In this document: positions 59,986 through 64,000 of the stretch, one piece after another
Layout: every line of letters begins with the position of its first letter
Position numbering within the stretch: the stretch's first letter is position 1
Origin: an uncultured Muribaculaceae bacterium
GTDB taxonomy: Bacteria > Bacillota_I > Bacilli_A > RF39 > UBA660
Direction: 5' to 3'
Assembly (NCBI GenBank): GCA_964650315.1
Contig: CAZYQE010000002.1
Location: 3,534 to 67,533, forward strand
DNA length: 64,000 nt
Notes under the pieces: model-generated
Seen by the model: only the letters and a program-made list of their open reading frames with translations
Databases searched by the model: none
What the model was told of the DNA's origin: nothing
Position numbers and translations under genes: made by a program

Positions 59986-60426
59986 ATGAATAAAGAAAAT
60001 ATAAGTGCATTAGATGAAGTAAATAAAGGTGCATGTATGGGTATGGATGCAGTTGATTTTTTATTAGATAAAGTAAAAGATAAAAATTTAAAACAATTAC
60101 TAAAAGATAGCTACAATCAATATGAAGAAGTATCAGAAGAAGCAAATAAATTATATAAAAATTATAAATCTGATAAGGATGAGGAAGCAAAGGACTCTAA
60201 TATAATGACTAAAGCTATGACATGGTCAGGAGTAGAAATGAAGACATTTACTGATAAGAGTAATTCTAAAATTGCAGAAATTATGCTTCAAGGAGTAAAT
60301 ATGGGAGTTATAGAAGGTAGAAAACTACTTAATAATAAAAAAATAGATAAAGAAGTAAATAGTTTAATATCAAAGTTTGTTAATATGCAAGAAAAACTAG
60401 TAGAGGATTTAAAGAAATTTCTTTAA
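59986..60426 (+). CDS. helical-bundle protein of unknown function (DUF2383/ferritin-like, tentative)
   Basis: A 146-aa ORF with an AGGAGG RBS, predicted all-helical. Protein begins ALDEVNKGACMGMDAVDFLLDKV. Confidence 0.4.
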   Translation: MNKENISALDEVNKGACMGMDAVDFLLDKVKDKNLKQLLKDSYNQYEEVSEEANKLYKNYKSDKDEEAKDSNIMTKAMTWSGVEMKTFTDKSNSKIAEIMLQGVNMGVIEGRKLLNNKKIDKEVNSLISKFVNMQEKLVEDLKKFL

Positions 60427-60464
60427 GTTCTTTTTTATGATATAATTTATATAGAGGTGGGTTC

Positions 60465-61370
60465 ATGAAAATATTAGTAGTTGGTGGTAGTTATTTCGTA
60501 GGTAGAGTATTTACTATAGTTGCTTCTCCTAAACATGATTTAACTCTTCTTAATAGAGGAACTTATTCTATGAAAGAGTTAGGAGTTAACGAAATAAAAG
60601 GAGATAGACATGATAAGAATATATTAAAAACTATCACTGGAGATTATGACTGTATAGTTGATTTTTGTGCCTATAAAAAAGATGATATTAAAACTATATT
60701 AGATAATACTTCTAATAATATTAAAAAATATATATTTGTAAGTACATGTGATGTTTATGATAGAGAAGATAGAACCCTAAAGAATGAACATTATAAATTA
60801 AATTATAATACTAACAACTATCCAAAAGAATTAAAAGAATATATAGATGGTAAAGTAATATTAGAAGATGAACTTATAGAAAACTCATTAAAAAAGAATA
60901 TTGACTATACCAGTGTTAGACCAGGTATGATATATGGACCATATAATTATGCTGAAAGAGAAAGTTTATATATAAAAAGTATAGTACAAAATAAAAAAGC
61001 TATATATCCAAACGATTCTGATAGTTATTTTCAAATGATATATGTAAAGGATATTGCTAATGCATTACTTGAATTATGTGAAAGCTGCGATAATAAACAT
61101 GTATATAATTTAATATCTAATGAAGTAATGAATTATAATAAGTTTTCTAAAATATTAAATAAAGTATCTGATATAGATTATAACGAAATATTTATGAATA
61201 AAGAAAATATAATTAAAAATAATATAGAAACACCATTTCCATATAGTTTAGAAGAATCTCAATTTTATGATGGATCATTATTTGAAGATGAGTTTGATTT
61301 TGAATATACACCACATAAAGAAGGTTTACAAAAAACGTATACTGCCTTTAAAAATATCTATAAAAAGTAA
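60465..61370 (+). CDS. NAD-dependent epimerase/dehydratase (extended SDR) family protein
   Basis: N-terminal Rossmann motif KILVVGGSYFVGR. 301 aa. An extended -10 TGATATAAT lies upstream. Confidence 0.7.
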   Translation: MKILVVGGSYFVGRVFTIVASPKHDLTLLNRGTYSMKELGVNEIKGDRHDKNILKTITGDYDCIVDFCAYKKDDIKTILDNTSNNIKKYIFVSTCDVYDREDRTLKNEHYKLNYNTNNYPKELKEYIDGKVILEDELIENSLKKNIDYTSVRPGMIYGPYNYAERESLYIKSIVQNKKAIYPNDSDSYFQMIYVKDIANALLELCESCDNKHVYNLISNEVMNYNKFSKILNKVSDIDYNEIFMNKENIIKNNIETPFPYSLEESQFYDGSLFEDEFDFEYTPHKEGLQKTYTAFKNIYKK

Positions 61371-61417
61371 GATAAACACTAAATTATGTTATAATATATA
61401 AGTAAGGAAGTGATATT

Positions 61418-63409
61418 TTGATTACTACTATACGTGAAGCATCTGAAATAGATGAAAACAAAATAATAGATCAAATTAGATCTATTGGTATTGATATGAT
61501 AAATGAAGCAGGTAGTGGACATCCTGGTATTGTATTAGGTGCTGCCCCTATAATATATAGTTTATATGCTCACCATATGAGAATTGATACTAAGGATCCT
61601 AATTATTTTAATAGAGATAGATTTATAATGTCTGCAGGACATGGATCTGCATTATTATATTCGACTTTATACATGTCAGGCTTTGATTTAACTGTAGCTG
61701 ATTTAAAAGATTTTAGACAGTTAGGTTCTAAAACACCAGGTCATCCTGAATATGGAGTTACTCCAGGTGTAGATGCTACTACTGGACCTCTAGGACAAGG
61801 ATTAGGTATGGCTGTTGGTATGGCTATTGCAGAAGCAAATCTTAGAAGTAGATTTAATAAAGATAAAAATGAAGTAATAGATTTTAATACTTATGCTTTA
61901 TGTGGAGATGGAGATCTAATGGAAGGTATTTCCTATGAAGCATTAAGTCTTGCTGGAACATTAAAATTAAATAAATTAATAGTATTATATGATTCTAATA
62001 ATATTTCTTTAGATGGAGATACTAATTTAACATTTACAGAAAACATAGAAGAAAGATTTAAATCTATGGGTTGGAATTATCTATTTGTAGAAGATGGCAC
62101 TAATCCAGTATTAATAAGTGAAGCAATAGAAGAAGCAAAGAAAAGTGTCTCTAAACCAACTATAATAGAAATTAAAACTACTATTGGTAAGTATTCTATG
62201 TTAGAAGGTACTAATGAAGTACATGGTAAACCTCTATCTACAGAAGATATTACTCAAATTAAAGAAAAAATGGATATTAGAGATATACCTTTTGTAATAA
62301 CTAAGACTACTAAAGATGATATGGAATTCTTCATAGATAGTAGATGTAAAAATATAAAGAAGAATTTTGAAAAATCTATTGATAATTTAGATGATCAACT
62401 AAAAGAAGAATTAAAATATCTAATGAATGATGATAAAAAATTAGATATAACTGAATTAATATATGATGCACCTAAGGATAATAAAGAAGCTCCTAGAGAA
62501 ACATCTCATAAGATATTAAATTCTATTGTAAATAGTTGTGATAATATTTTAGGTGGAAGTGCTGATTTATTTGGAGCTTGTAAAAATTATATAGATGACA
62601 AAGGTAATTTCTCTTTTGATAATTATCTAGGTAAAAATATATATTTTGGCGTAAGAGAACATGCTATGGGTGCTATATTAAATGGTATTTCTCTATGTGG
62701 ATATAAAACATATGGTTCGACATTCCTAAGTTTTAGTGACTATATGAAAGAGCCGATTAGATTAGCAGCCATGATGAGGTTACCTGTTACATATATATTT
62801 ACACATGATTCTATAAGTATTGGACAAGATGGTCCAACACATCAACCAATAGAACAGTTAGCATCCCTAAGATCTATACCAAACCTAGAAGTATTTAGAC
62901 CAGCAGATGCTAATGAAGTAATTGGTACATATAAATTAATAACAGAAAAATCTGATTCTCCATCAGTTATTTCACTTTCTAAAACAAATTTGCCAATACT
63001 TAAAACTACAAAAGTAAATGAAGTATCTAAAGGTGGATATGTAGTATATGATTCTGGTAGAAAACCAGCTGGAATTATAATTGCTACTGGTGAAGAAGTA
63101 CATCTAGCTACTAGAGTTGCTAAAAGACTTCAAGGTAGGGGAATAGATATTAGAGTAGTATCTATGCCATGTATATCTAGATTCTTAGAACAAAGTGATG
63201 AATATAAAGAAGAAATACTACCTGTTGAAGTTAAAAAAATAGTCATAGAAGCAGCTTCTTCTATGTCTTGGAATAAACTTATATTTAATGATAAATATCT
63301 CCTTACAGTAGATGAATTTGGTTCTAGCGCTACTAAAGAAGGAATATATAAACATTTTGGTTATGATATAAAAACTTTAGAAAATAAAGTAGAAGAATTA
63401 TTAAAATAA
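61418..63409 (+). CDS. tkt: transketolase
   Basis: TTG start after AAGGAAG. Motifs GSGHPG, RDRFIMSAGHGSALLY, CGDGDLMEGIS and GQDGPTHQPIE. Confidence 0.96.
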   Translation: MITTIREASEIDENKIIDQIRSIGIDMINEAGSGHPGIVLGAAPIIYSLYAHHMRIDTKDPNYFNRDRFIMSAGHGSALLYSTLYMSGFDLTVADLKDFRQLGSKTPGHPEYGVTPGVDATTGPLGQGLGMAVGMAIAEANLRSRFNKDKNEVIDFNTYALCGDGDLMEGISYEALSLAGTLKLNKLIVLYDSNNISLDGDTNLTFTENIEERFKSMGWNYLFVEDGTNPVLISEAIEEAKKSVSKPTIIEIKTTIGKYSMLEGTNEVHGKPLSTEDITQIKEKMDIRDIPFVITKTTKDDMEFFIDSRCKNIKKNFEKSIDNLDDQLKEELKYLMNDDKKLDITELIYDAPKDNKEAPRETSHKILNSIVNSCDNILGGSADLFGACKNYIDDKGNFSFDNYLGKNIYFGVREHAMGAILNGISLCGYKTYGSTFLSFSDYMKEPIRLAAMMRLPVTYIFTHDSISIGQDGPTHQPIEQLASLRSIPNLEVFRPADANEVIGTYKLITEKSDSPSVISLSKTNLPILKTTKVNEVSKGGYVVYDSGRKPAGIIIATGEEVHLATRVAKRLQGRGIDIRVVSMPCISRFLEQSDEYKEEILPVEVKKIVIEAASSMSWNKLIFNDKYLLTVDEFGSSATKEGIYKHFGYDIKTLENKVEELLK

Positions 63410-63455
63410 GACAATAATAGACACTCATATTATATATACTAATTATGGTGATAAT

Positions 63456-63875
63456 ATGAGAGTCTATTTTATTTTTTCTATTAAATTAGAATTTATTAAT
63501 CTATATTATAATAATAAGAACATATTATATTCTATTCTAAAACAAATATATTATTTAGATTCAAATGAATTAAAATATGGTTATAATATATATAATCAAT
63601 TAATAAATGATATTGATAAAAATGATTTAGATAAATTCTTATATATAAAACTACATAGAAATATACCATATTCTAAAAGAGAAAACATCCATATATATAA
63701 TAATTTGTATAAAGATGAAGTATCTAAACTAATAGTGAAAAGATCATATATTAAATTAGAAACAGAAAATAACTATTCATCATTTTTTAAATACTTAAAA
63801 GAATATAATAATTCATTATTTGTATGTGATTTTAAAAATCAAGATTATTTTTTTCTTAAAGATTATAATTACTAG
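63456..63875 (+). CDS. SirA-like (sporulation inhibitor of replication) protein, tentative
   Basis: It sits directly after tkt and before yneF, as B. subtilis sirA (yneE) does. The N-terminus MRVYFIFSIKLEFINLYY is comparable with the recalled SirA start ...YYTYLIKEEFANHYF. Similar size. Confidence 0.4.
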   Translation: MRVYFIFSIKLEFINLYYNNKNILYSILKQIYYLDSNELKYGYNIYNQLINDIDKNDLDKFLYIKLHRNIPYSKRENIHIYNNLYKDEVSKLIVKRSYIKLETENNYSSFFKYLKEYNNSLFVCDFKNQDYFFLKDYNY

Positions 63876-63925
63876 TTGTATTATTTATATATATTTAGTA
63901 AAATATTATTAAGGAAGGTGATATA

Positions 63926-64000
63926 ATGTTACATGATATTTTAATGATATTAATTGGCCTTATAGTAGGAGCTGTAGTAGGATTCTTCTTAGCAAGATAT
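63926..64000 (+). CDS. yneF: UPF0154 (YneF-like) small membrane protein, N-terminal part (runs off the right edge)
   Basis: AAGGAAGGTG RBS, then ATG at 63926. MLHDILMILIGLIVGAVVGFFLARY matches the YneF-family TM helix ending in FF.AR. Confidence 0.65.
   Translation, partial: MLHDILMILIGLIVGAVVGFFLARY

Overview
Very AT-rich chromosomal segment, by eye about a quarter to 30% G+C (not computed). It uses the standard bacterial code: TGA, TAA and TAG all act as stops and Trp is TGG. The host looks like a spore-forming Bacillota, because it has an intact pro-sigma-K gene, YlbD/YlbE/YlbF-like genes and a SirA-like gene. Most of the window is conserved housekeeping. Left to right it holds lexA (partial), polA-mutM, gmk and tmcAL, then a division/cell-wall block murG-murB-divIB-[two extra envelope genes]-ftsA-ftsZ. 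Next come murE, a flippase, sigK, a NodB deacetylase, yqeG-yqeH, dnaG-sigA-trmK and nfo. These are followed by a His T-box leader with hisS and an archaeal-type aspS, then mtaB, recD2, parE-parC, rsmD, a CIRCE-controlled hrcA-grpE-dnaK-dnaJ operon, a class B PBP, two tRNAs, tkt, a sirA-like gene and yneF (partial). I saw no transposases, integrases, CRISPR arrays or rRNA. The main finding is a five-gene operon at 37.3-41.1 kb between recD2 and parE. It encodes a SipW-type (S26B, Ser/His) signal peptidase fused behind about 8 extra transmembrane helices. With it are three secreted proteins that share one TasA/SipW-cognate-like signal peptide: two beta-rich paralogues and one Cys-rich 301-aa protein. 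A small two-TM protein completes the operon. This looks like a TasA/BsaA-type extracellular fibre system with uncharacterised parts. Other points of interest:
- three type-IV-pilin-like genes with no assembly machinery in the window, one carrying a discoidin-like lectin domain
- an unannotated small membrane ORF with a LexA-box promoter, divergent from lexA
- a duplicated Gly-rich membrane protein split by an in-frame TAA, with a 9-bp x4 coding repeat
- a long divergent ThyA-family enzyme next to an acidic protein
- an arginase-fold protein with two metal ligands replaced
- a CxC-rich tail on HisRS
All calls come from reading the translations and DNA motifs. No database search was run.
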